64,000 nt of DNA from Candidatus Hydrogenedentota bacterium (GTDB lineage Bacteria > Hydrogenedentota > Hydrogenedentia > Hydrogenedentales > SLHB01), in NCBI GenBank assembly GCA_045863295.1, contig BTWA01000008.1, forward strand, positions 59,674-123,673, read 5' to 3'. Position numbers and translations under genes: made by a program. Numbering within the stretch: the first letter of the stretch is position 1; each line of letters begins with the position of its first letter. The notes below the pieces were generated by a model. That model was not told the DNA's origin and ran no database searches. It saw only the letters and a list, made by a program, of their open reading frames with translations. Of this stretch, positions 40,990-52,300 are shown piece after piece.

Positions 40990-43900
40990 TCATTCGTCAA
41001 ACTTTGCTCTCCTAGCTGCAAGCAATAGTGCGACGCCTGTTAGGACCAGAGCGCACAGCGAACCCAACGTCACTGATCCGCTTAGCCCAGCAGGTGACGC
41101 GGCCTTTCTATCGTCCATCGTTGGAGCGATGCTTAGCATGCCGCCATGATTGAGGTGGAGAACCCATTCCCCTGTGGCGAGCACGGGTTCGTCGTACAGG
41201 AGACCTTGCACATTCCCCACGGGGTGCCAGCCTGGGTCTTCGCCGTCGGGGAGGTAGTAGTAGAGCGCGAGGGTACTGGGGTCGTGGCCGGTGGGCACGG
41301 GGATGCGGATTTCCACCGGGGTGGCGAATGGGCCGGTGGCTTCGGTGGTGTAAGTTTCGCCGAGGGCGTTATCCATAGGGGTTGGTTCAGGCAGAACGGA
41401 GTCTTGTGGCACGACGGTGAACGTGATGGCGTCGCTTTGGATGGCGTCGTCACCTTCGCTTGTTGCTTCGGCGGTGATGCTGATCACTGTGCCTACGGGC
41501 CACTCGCCATTGTGCCGCACGATGGCCCAGCCGTCGTTGTCTTGGTTGTTAATCGGCATCCATTCCACGATTACTTCGTCCGCCGGTACACCTTCGATGG
41601 TGACATCCAGTGACGTTGGATCGATGGCATCGTCGGCGCGCAGACGCAGCGCGAGCGTGTCGTCGAGTTTTGCAGCGCGGGTGCCGTCTTCCAGCAGCGC
41701 CGTTGGCAGGGCGCGTTCGTAGACCATTGGTTGCGGCGTGTCCAACCAGTCCTCCAGTTTCGCCGTGCTGCCGCGGTAGCCGTCGTTGGGTTCACTCCAA
41801 TCGCTCTGGATGCCACCTGAGTCGAGGGCTTGGACCCAATAGACGTAGTACACTTCGCCCGCCTTCTCAGCCGGTGTAGCGGCTTTGCAACCGCCACCAC
41901 TGCCCCCTGTACTTTGCGGAGGAAGGGCCGTGAAGTCGTCATAGGTTGTTCCGCTTGTTGTGCCGATCGTCGCGGCCTCGCCGCCATTCCACGTGCTCGC
42001 ACGAAAGATTTTGTAGTTCGTAGCCCCGGCCACGTCGGTCCAGGTGAGTCGCACTTTGTCTGTAAATGTGCCATCGCTGGCTTGCAGATTCGTGGGCCTC
42101 GCAATCGTGGTGCGCGCGTAGGTTCCACCGTGCGTGGACGTTTGGTCTTTCGCCACCGTCGCGAGCTGCACAGTAGGCGTCACCCATCCATCGACGGACT
42201 TAAAGGATACGGCGTGGTTGCCTACCGGCACGCCGGTAGCGGTCGTGCCGCTGTTGCGGAATGTAGCTTCATTGTCCAGCTTCCATTGCGCACCCGCGCT
42301 CACTGCTTCGGCGGGCGATATGTTCACAAGAATTGATCCAATGTGTTGCACATAGATACCGGTGACCGGTTCGTCTTCGCGGGCGGTTACCGTGACCGTC
42401 TGATCGGGCGGCGTCGTCCAGTTGGACACGGACTTGAACTGCACTGTGTGGCTGCCTGGCGCAAGATTAGAAAGCCTTGCACCGCTGTTCTGCCACGCCC
42501 CACCGTCGACTTTCCATTGCGCGCCTGCTGTGACAGCATCCATGGGCTCAATAGTCGTTATGATCGAACCGGCCTCGATGTAGGCACCGCTTTCGTTGGT
42601 GGTTGTGTCTCTTGTGATGGACACATTCAGCGCCGTCGGTTCGACCCAGTGATCCACCCCACGGAACGTCACCACATGATTGCCGGTGGCAAGTCCGCTT
42701 ACTGTGTCGCCTGTCGCATGCCAGTCGCCTCCATCCACCTGCCAGCCTGCACCGGCCGTCACGGCCTCAGGAGGTGACAGGGTCACCGTCAGCGATCCGG
42801 TGTCGCGTGTGTAAGTGCCCGATTCCGAGGTGGTAGCGTTATGCGAGATCGTTGTGTTGATATTGCCGGGTTTCGCCCAGTCCGCAATTGTGGTAAACGA
42901 AACCGTGTGTGACCCAACGGGCAAACCGGTAACCGTCGCGCCACTGTTTTGCAGGGGGCCTCCATCCACCTGCCACTGTGCGCCAGCGGCAATTGCGCCT
43001 GGCGGGTTGAGGGTGACGGTCAACGAACCCGTGTGTCGCACATAAGCGCCAGAGTCGTTGGTAGTGGTCTCCTCGCTGATTGTCACCGTCTTGTTCGTAG
43101 GCGCGTCCCAGTTCGCGATGGCGTCGAACGAGACGGTGTGATCGCCGATGGGCAGGCCGCTCACGGTCGCGCCACTGTCTTGCGGGGTACCACCGTCCAC
43201 GCGCCATTTTGCGCCTGCCGATATCGCGCCCGCAGGAGAGATAGTTACGTTAAGCGAGCCGACCTTCGGCGCGTATACGCCTGTTTCTTGCGTAGTCTGA
43301 TTGGAGACTATTACAGTTGTAAAGTTGGAGGGCGAATTCCAGCGGGGGATCGCCTTAAACGACACCGTATGCGTGCCTGGAGCAAGATTGCTTTCGGTTT
43401 CTCCACTGTTGTGCCACGCGCCGCCGTCCACGCACCATTGCGCCTCCTCGATACGGGCCAGTTCCGGCTCGATGGAAACACGAATTCCTCCTGGAATTAC
43501 GTACATTCCAGTGAGTTCGACAATTTCCCCTGCTTCCACTGTCACAATTGCCGATTCTGGAGCGAGCCACCCACTTACTGGCATGTATTGGACGGTATAA
43601 TTACCGGGAGTAAGCCCTGACACCCCCTCTCCGCTGCCTCTAAGAATGTTGTCGCCCAAGTGCCACTGCGCCCCGGCCACAACGGCGGCTCCAGGCTCAA
43701 GTGAAACCAAAACACCACCTGTCAACGATGTATACGTGCCAACTTCGCTGACCGCCGACCCATCTAAGACGGTTACAGGCAGTAACGCGGGCGTCACCCA
43801 GCCGTCGACCGGCTTGAACGCGACCGTGTAGCTGGCCGCAGGTAACATCACTTCTTCTCCGCTAGAATGCCACGTCGTTCCTCCGTCGACACTCCAACCC

Positions 43901-46900
43901 GCGCCATCAAGCGTTGGATCGAACGGAGCATGCTGGACGTTCAACGTACCCCACGCGCTAGACGGCGTAACCTGAATGTACTGGGTCTTGATTGCCGTAT
44001 CGACGCCATGCGGGCTTGACACGGTCAAATGAACGGTATACCAGCCTGGATCAGTGTACGTGGTTGACGCATTCTGATCTCTGGAGTCTATTGTCCCGTC
44101 TGCGTCGAAATCCCACATCCACGTATCCAGTTCACCAGCGGATTGATCCGTAAATTGCACGGACAGAGGCACGGCCCCAAGCGTCATATCCGCCGTAAAC
44201 TGGGCTGAGACCGATTCGCTATTCGCCGCAAAACCGCCAATAAAGCTCTCTGCCACCGCCGCATTCAGAGAGACTACCGCGTATTCCCAAGCATCCGCGC
44301 TATCGGGCGCAACCCAAGCGTGACCGGGGCTGTACGTCGGATTCGTTGGCTCACTTAGTACTGAGAACCATGTGTAACCGGCCTGCCGCCCATACACACG
44401 ATAACCCGTGACGCGACTGTCATCAGGTGCATCCCAAGCCAGTTGCACAAGCGAATTGATATTCTGAGCGCGAAGGTTGACGGGCGGAGCGACAGGAGAC
44501 ACGACATCCATGGCTGACTCTGGATTGTCCGCCAGGATAACATCGAATCCGTACCAGTCGCCATTCCCCATGAACTGAAACGTGGTGCTTTCGACTTGAT
44601 CTCCGTATGCGTAGCTCACTGACGAATCAACAACTTCCCCCGCAACACCCAATACCTGCACGTCATATTCGCCTAACTTGGCTGTCTCTATTTCCAACGA
44701 TGACAAGATGTCATCCGAGAAGAACGAGCCCTTTTCTATCGTGCTGACACTATTGCCCGAGGCAGGATCGATCCCTAGTTGGCCACCTGCCGGGTCAGCA
44801 ACAAATGGCTGAGTACGGCCAAGGAAACGCAAGGAGAGGCTATTGGAAACAGCATCTCTTGATCCGCTGGTCGTTGGCGATTGGCTCAACTGGCGCGCGG
44901 GGTCGCCTCCGATGAACTCGGCAATTTGGTCGACATATCCATCCATAAGAAAGGCATGTGAGGTGTCGCCCCCTTGAACACTATCGGCATAGGCAAAAGA
45001 TTCCCCGCTATCCGACGCGCCTATCAGACCGTACGAGGCGGAAACCGAGGGTACCGTGCCATCGCCCGAATTTGTATGAACCCTGTCTACTGGAGATCCA
45101 TACTCGTAAACACCCGTCCAAAAACTAGCTCCAGGTGACACCTTAATCTGCGACAGCGTCTTTTTTTTCGTGGAATAGAACAACCGGGTGGGAATTCTGT
45201 TCGCTGGATCAGAATTTGCTCCGGAACAGAACAAGTTGGACCTGTTGGAGTCGGAAGCCAGTTTCCACAGCAATTGCTGGTTGCGCGAAGTCTGGTTGTA
45301 CATGGGATGTTGAAACGCGCCAGTATCCATATTAGCCTGAACCAGAAAAGGCTGCGCATACATCAGCTGCCCGAGACTTGGCGCCTCGTCTCGGATAAAA
45401 TTCCGAACTTCCATTTGCGTAAGGCTAGATGCAGAGTAGAGAATGGCTGGAGTTGTCGCTGTATTGCTATAGGCGCTTGATACAGGTCTTCCAAGTATGG
45501 AGCGGATTTGTAAATTGATTACGTCGCCATACGCAAAACCAGTCAAGTCCATAATTGGCCCAGCTTCGCGATTCGCGTTTGCAGTATCTCCGCCATCCCA
45601 CAAGTAATAAGCTATAGGTCCTCCACCTGCCGGCGATCCTACTAGGGCCAGCATCTCAATATCGTTCTCGTAAGCGACACCCGCAAAGCCTTGAATGTAG
45701 CTCCGGACAATCAGCCCGCCCATGCTATGGGCGACCACGGAGACCCTCGCATCTCCAGACTCGGAAATGGCTCTTCTCATCGCTGGAACAAAATATTCGC
45801 GGGCCGCTTCTTCAATCGGCATCCGCCAGTCATACGGCACGTTAATCACGGTGTGAGTTTGCTTCAAATTTTGCCGTAGGTCATCCCACACCAAGCCCAG
45901 CGGGTTGACAAGTTCCATCTTGTCCGCGCCCAGTTTTTTCCGCCGAGTCTTTGGCAAATATGGCGTCCCTACTTTGCGTCCGGAACCCCATGTAGTTCCC
46001 ATGATGCCTGGCACTAACAACACAACAGGTTTCACGGAAGCACTGGCATGAAGCTGGATACGCCGGTCCTCATGAGCTCCAGCGCGAACTGTGATGTATA
46101 CAGGAGAATCAAGCCAGTACGCTGCGCCGGGAGGTAATGTGATCTCGTAACCCCCAGGCGGTACACTCGAGATCAAATATTCTCCTTGCGAATCAGAAAT
46201 TACCTCACTATAGACACTCCCACCACGCCGCAGTTGCAACGTTACCGGATCAGACAAAGGGGACTCTTCGAGGAACACGGTACCGCTCACGAATCCCGTC
46301 GAAGCGACAGCGGAATCCACCGAAAAGACATTGCTTTCACCAATTATTGACTCGCAGTATCCTTGTATCGTTACCGTTTCAGACGCACTGTCAATTGTTA
46401 CCGTTCCTGACCACGTGCCACCTGTCAGATCGACATATGCTCTACTCAAACCGACGCCACCGGTGGCGCCAAGATACACCCGGCCTGTAAAATCACTTTG
46501 CAAGATTCCCGCTTCATTCTCGACACGCAGAGTAAATGGAATATCTGAGTTGACATGCTGGGGTGAAGCAACAGGAGAAAGCACAAGCTTAAGAGTGTTA
46601 TCCGAATTTGCCCGTGTGTAGCTGGCAAAAATTACAGTTGTTTGATTACCTGTGACTGACACTGAAAGGCGAGCTGGCGCGAGCCAGCCCGGGACTTCCT
46701 TAAACTCAATTTCATAGATACCTTTTGGAATTATTTCCTCTCTGAATCCGCTTTCATACCAGGTGTTAGTTCCTACACGGCGCCAGGCTGCCCCCGAAAC
46801 TGTTGAAGGCTCAAGTAAAATTCTCATAGAGCCTACTGTATCAGCGAAATTTGGAATGCTTAGCAGAAAACCATCTCCCAATCCGCTGTAGCTACTAGAA

Positions 46901-48293
46901 AGCCAGCCCGGTGAATCCGTTTCACCTGCAATGGTCACTTGGCCATCTGGGTTTGCACAAATTGAATATCCAAAGTCGGAAAGGGAGCCTCCCAAAAGCA
47001 CAAAATTATCTAAGTCGCCAAGAGGTAAGAACTTTGCCAAGAATACGTCACAAGGCCCACTGACATCCCAATCATTGTCCATCCAGGTGACAGACGAGGT
47101 GTTACCAAGAAGCATTACGTTATTCGCTGCGTCCACTGCTACACTGTGACCCTCGTCCCACGTACCTCCACCCACGAATGTTGACCAAATGTGGCTGCCG
47201 TTTGAATTGAGCTTGACCAGATATGAATCGCCAAACCCGGACAAGTAGTCACCAAGAGTCGTATCCCACCCATCGCTGACCCAACCGTCCGAAAAGGTGG
47301 TTCCCACAAGGTAGAATGCTCCAGAGCTGTCTATTGCGATGTCGGATACCACATCATTTCGATTGCCACCAATGTAACTGGACCATTCTTCGGCTCCATT
47401 CGCTGTCAGTTTTACCACGAACCCATCTTTTGGGTATGGCCCACTGCCGTTGTATTGACTATCCCAACCACCTGAGCACCAGTCCGTGGAGCTCGTTTCT
47501 CCAGCTACGACTATCTCATCATTTCGGCTAATAGCGACTGCATAGGCTTCGTCCCAATAGTTGCCGCCTAAGTATCTTGCCCACACCATCGATCCATCAG
47601 ACGTCAACTTTACGATGAAGCCATCCAGCCCACCATCAAGCGTTGCGTCGGGTCCGTCCCCGATCCAGTCCGAAGATGCTGTGGCACCAACTAGAACAAT
47701 TTGATCTGTGCTCGTAATAGCAACGCCGAAGCACATATCATCAATCTCACCACCTATACTATGAAGCCAAATGATGTTACCGTTGCCTGAAAGTTTACTT
47801 ACAAATCCAGCCTGAAAACCATCGTTCGGAATCCAATCCTTTGACTGAGTAAACCCTGCAACAACCAAGTTGCCTTCGCTGTCAATAGCAATGCTCTTAA
47901 CCTGATCCCGCGTACTTCCTCCTAGATAGGTAAACCAAAGTAATTCACCTGACTGAGAATACTTTGCAACAAAACCGTCATATGTGCCTCCGCCATATTC
48001 TTGGCCAATGCCTCCATCAATCCAGTTGCTTGAGCCTGTATAGCCCACGGCGTAAATATTGCCAGAAGCATCGCATGCAACGTCCAGGCAGGTATCTAGC
48101 TCACTTCCGCCGAGATATGTTGACCAAACAAATTGTGGTGTCACTCGCTGGTACTTTTCTAGCTTGCTCTCCTGACTCATTGCGACAGACCCAAACGCAC
48201 CAAACACAATCAGCGCGATGACAGCGGTTTGGATATCTATATGGGTGCAGAACATAAAAGACCATTTGTCCTTGACCTCAGGAACTGTTCGCA
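40990..48293 (-). CDS. Giant surface protein: SBBP beta-propeller, alpha/beta hydrolase, FN3, PKD, nine PEGA-like AQWxVDGG repeats, C-terminal anchor
   Basis: WSTYLGGS repeats; VPGIMG...YDWR...AHSMGG; WDFDADG; C-terminal TM plus basic tail; start uncertain (48387, 48293 or 48256). Confidence 0.85.
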
Positions 48294-48395
48294 TCTCTCC
48301 ACCCTCTCTACTGCAATTCACAAAACTGGCAGCCAAGCCTTGTCTTTCCGTGACGTAAGACGCGGCATTCCTTCGCTTAATACACATGAATGTCG

Positions 48396-49316
48396 CTAAG
48401 CATCGATTTGTAGTTCTCTCAAAGCGTGAATATCCTCATGTATTTTAAACAGCACAATTACCACTTCGAGAAGAATGCGAATGCCCAACAGTATAAGCAG
48501 ACCTCCGACGGTATAGGCGAACAAGAAAGGCATCACAATAGCTGCGGCTTCTGTGCCGCCAGCAAATGCGGCAAGTGCCATGAGGCCGCCGGAGTCAACT
48601 GCCAAAACGTTGCCGAACAGGATCAGTAGGAACAGGACCTGCACCAATTTTGGAGCCACCATGACATCAAAAGCGAGGAAGGCGCCAAGGCCTGCCTTTT
48701 CTCGCACTTTCTTGGGCTGCTGTATTTCCGTAAGGGCTTCCGTTGGGGCATATGTGCTGTCAGGGCTACTGGCTAATCCGATTGTCTCAAAGACCTCTTC
48801 GTAGCTCTCTGCTGCTTCATCAACACTCTGATTCTCCACAACCGCGTTGATCTCATCAAGCACGGCTTCAGGAGAAATCATGGCCTGTATATCAACGTCA
48901 ACATAGCCGCCGGCATCAGCGCTGCTCCGGAATTGGAGGCATGCCTCAATGCGCGACAGAATTTTACGTCGCGAATCACTCTCACGGCTGATCTCCCGCA
49001 TTCGAGCGGACTCGCTAGGGCCGACTTGGCCGGCTCTTGTCAATTCGCCCAAACTCTGCAATTCATCATTAAGTCTGGTAATTGCACTCTTGTGCTTATC
49101 CCGCTCCGCTTTGAGTGTTGTTCGAATCTGCATCAAGTTCTGCTTGGACTGTTCGTACAAGGCCTGATACTTTTGCGCTTGCTTGTTGAATTGCGAATCT
49201 TCCACTTCGCCCTTGGCGCGAAGGTCCTTCAGGTTATTGATTGTACGCGTGATTTTCTCTAACTGCGAGAATGCTTTTCGCATTGTCTGCATGTGCATTC
49301 GCCCCCCGTTGACCAA
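48396..49316 (-). CDS. Coiled-coil protein with a DUF4282-like C-terminal membrane domain
   Basis: FLAFDVMVAPKLVQVLF...RILLEVVIVLFKIHEDI. Confidence 0.75.
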   Translation of the reverse strand: MVNGGRMHMQTMRKAFSQLEKITRTINNLKDLRAKGEVEDSQFNKQAQKYQALYEQSKQNLMQIRTTLKAERDKHKSAITRLNDELQSLGELTRAGQVGPSESARMREISRESDSRRKILSRIEACLQFRSSADAGGYVDVDIQAMISPEAVLDEINAVVENQSVDEAAESYEEVFETIGLASSPDSTYAPTEALTEIQQPKKVREKAGLGAFLAFDVMVAPKLVQVLFLLILFGNVLAVDSGGLMALAAFAGGTEAAAIVMPFLFAYTVGGLLILLGIRILLEVVIVLFKIHEDIHALRELQIDA

Positions 49317-49359
49317 AGTATACGAGCGAATCGAGTGTCAACAGTAAAGGTGTTTTCCC

Positions 49360-52300
49360 TTAGTCCGATTGTCTCGCACTTCTTCGAATCGTGAACGAAA
49401 AGACCGCCAATGCCAATACGGCAAACACAAGCAGCCAACCGCGGCCGGATGTTGACCATCGCATTTCATTTGGTGCCAATCCGCTTGCTGCTGCCGCCGC
49501 AGTTTTTCCAAGTTGCAGAACACCCGAATGATTGACTTCGAAAACCACGTGCTGTTGACCATCAATCACCTCGTTGCGTATTTCAGAGTCTTTCAGCCAC
49601 CCTTTAACTTCGTGTGCGGGAAACCACCCGCGATGATCGTTGGACTCACTGAAGTAACATAGAGTGAGGTTTGCAGGGTCTTCTCCTTCCGGAACTGGAA
49701 TCGCAATTGAAACCGCATTTGCATAAGCGCCCTGAGGTAAAACGTGATAAGTATCCCCGACGGAAATGCCACAATACTCAGGCAATGGATCCGCGCCCGT
49801 GAACTTGGTCAACTGGCCGAGTGACAAATTGCTCCGATGCGCCACGCCGGCACTAATCACTCTAAACTCGTGGCTAATCGGGTCCACCGGAGCCTGTCCA
49901 TTGGCTAGTCCCCCTACCTCGACTCGGAATGTGTCGGATTCCGGCCAAGCTACATCTGGAAATACTACAATCCAACCATCGGTGTTAAGGGAGTCTGCAA
50001 TTGGACGCCACTCAAGGAGGTCGGGAGTACATAATGTGTCATCGACCTTTGCCCACACGGAACCCGGGACTACTCCTTGCGGATCAGATAGGCGGATCAT
50101 GATGGGGGCATTGGGCGCAATGGCGATTGGCTCGGAGGTTGTTTTCACCGGAAAGACGCCCTCAACGATCCCATTGCGCGCCAGTTTTCCGGGTGCACAC
50201 CCGGAAGGTGGAGGGGGCGGGTTCTGTGTGCCAGGGTTCTGGTAGATTGGAATAGTCGCTGACGTTCCATCTTCAGAGGAAGTCTGAACGGTTATCACGC
50301 ATGCCCGAGAACTGAAGTCAACGTTCTCCGAAAAGGTCAGGTTCAGTACCTGCTCTTGCCCTGGATTCAGATTTCCAAGTGTTGGAGTGATACTTGTCAA
50401 CCAATTACACGAGACTGTCGCTGTCCAAGCGTAATTTGTAGCCCCCGAATTCCTAAGTACAAACGAGGTGCTTCCTGCCATAGAGTCAACGACTCGTTGA
50501 TCAGGGGTGACAGTAAGGCTAGAGACGCCAGACTGCGCTATGTTGATATCAAACGGCCCTCCACCGATATTGGATGTGAATGTCAGTCTACAGACTCTTG
50601 GATCAGTCGAACTATTCGACGTATATGAAACCACCGCTGCAAATGTCTGACCGCCCAGCAAGTTCCCGTTCGGGGGCGATACAGTAAGCCAATCACATGG
50701 TTCCGACACGGACCATGTCAGAGTGTCTCCTCCATTATTTCTGACAGAAACCTGGTAGGATCCAGACCCTCGACCCACGGTAATCTGGGTCGGTGTAACC
50801 GAAAAGGCCGCCGCCGACATTTGGGTTACGTTGACGTTCACTGGGCTGCCCGTTGCCCCGCTTGCCGTAAAACTCAACGGACTTGTGCGCTGTCCCCCAG
50901 TGCCATTCTGATCACAGGAAACGATTACATCTTGGGTTTGACCGGCACCAAGCGCACCGTTGCTCGGCAATGCGCTGGATATCCAGGGGCTGTTCTCCGA
51001 CACAGACCAATTGAGAACACCCACCCCGGAATTCTTTACCGTGAATTTTGTCGTGCCCGCCGCCGAAGGAATGGTGCGGCCCACAGGTTCAACATGGAGC
51101 GCCGGTTTGCCGGCCTCTTGGGTTACGGTCACAACTCTTGGATTGCCGTCGGCTCCCGGTGCGCTGAACGTTAGCTCACAAACCCTTGGATTCGTAGTGG
51201 GATTGGGGGCGCAATTTACCTGAACCTGGGCAGCGTTTCCTCCAGCGAAAATCGTTCCACTTGGAGAGGGCAAGGTAATCCAGTCCCCATTTTCCTTGGA
51301 AACTGACCAATTGAGTGTTTCGTCACCTCCGTTTGCCACCTCAAACGCCGTCGATTCCAGTAAGGGGCCAACATCCTGATTATCTGGGGAAACCAGCAAT
51401 TTTGGAGGTGACTTCTGCGACAATAGGATCTTCTTTGGTGTCCCAATTGTTGTACCGTCAGCACTGAAGATGAGTTCACATTCGCGCCGCCCACCGGAAT
51501 CGTTTTGGGTATAGGAGACATCGATCGAATCAAATTCCTCGGCGCCTAATGTGCCACTCGTGGCAGAAGGTGTCAGCCATCCGCAGGTCTCTGCTAACGA
51601 CCAGTTCATGGTACCAATTCCAGAATTCACAACAAAGACTTGGATATTGCCGGATCCAGAGCCAAAAGTTGTTGTATTTGCATTGACAATGAGTTCTGGA
51701 GTACCGCCATTTTGATTGATTGTGACCACATCTGGACTGCCTACAGCCCCGGGCGCGGTGACCGTAATTTGCCCTGAACGTGGTAAAATGGCATCGTTTT
51801 CAGTGAAGTTAACTACTACCTCCTCATGGTCGTTTGGGTTTAGAGTGCCGCCGGACGGCTGCAGAGACAGCCAAGACAATCCCTCCGCAGCGGACCAATT
51901 CATGGATTCGCCACCGATGTTCTTCACTTCAAAACTTGTTGAACCGGCACGAAACCCGACAGGGCGGCTACCGGGCGAGACACTTAGTTTTGCTGAGTGC
52001 CTTTGCGTGACCGTTACTTGCAGAGGACTATTCGTCGCGCCGCTGGCGGTAAAGGTCAATTCGCAGGACCGAGGAGAAGTTCCACTGTGATCCCCGTAAC
52101 TCACGTCAATCGATTGACTGGCTCCCGCCCCAAGGGCCCCGTTGGAAGGGAGGCTCTGCAGCCATCCACATGGTTCCGAAACCGACCAGTTCAGTGTGCC
52201 AATACCTGTGTTCTTTATTTCGAAAGTCGTAATCCCTGCAACCGAACCCACCTCTCGGGAGGTTGGAGTCACTGATAGAACTGGTGAACCAGCAGCTTGC

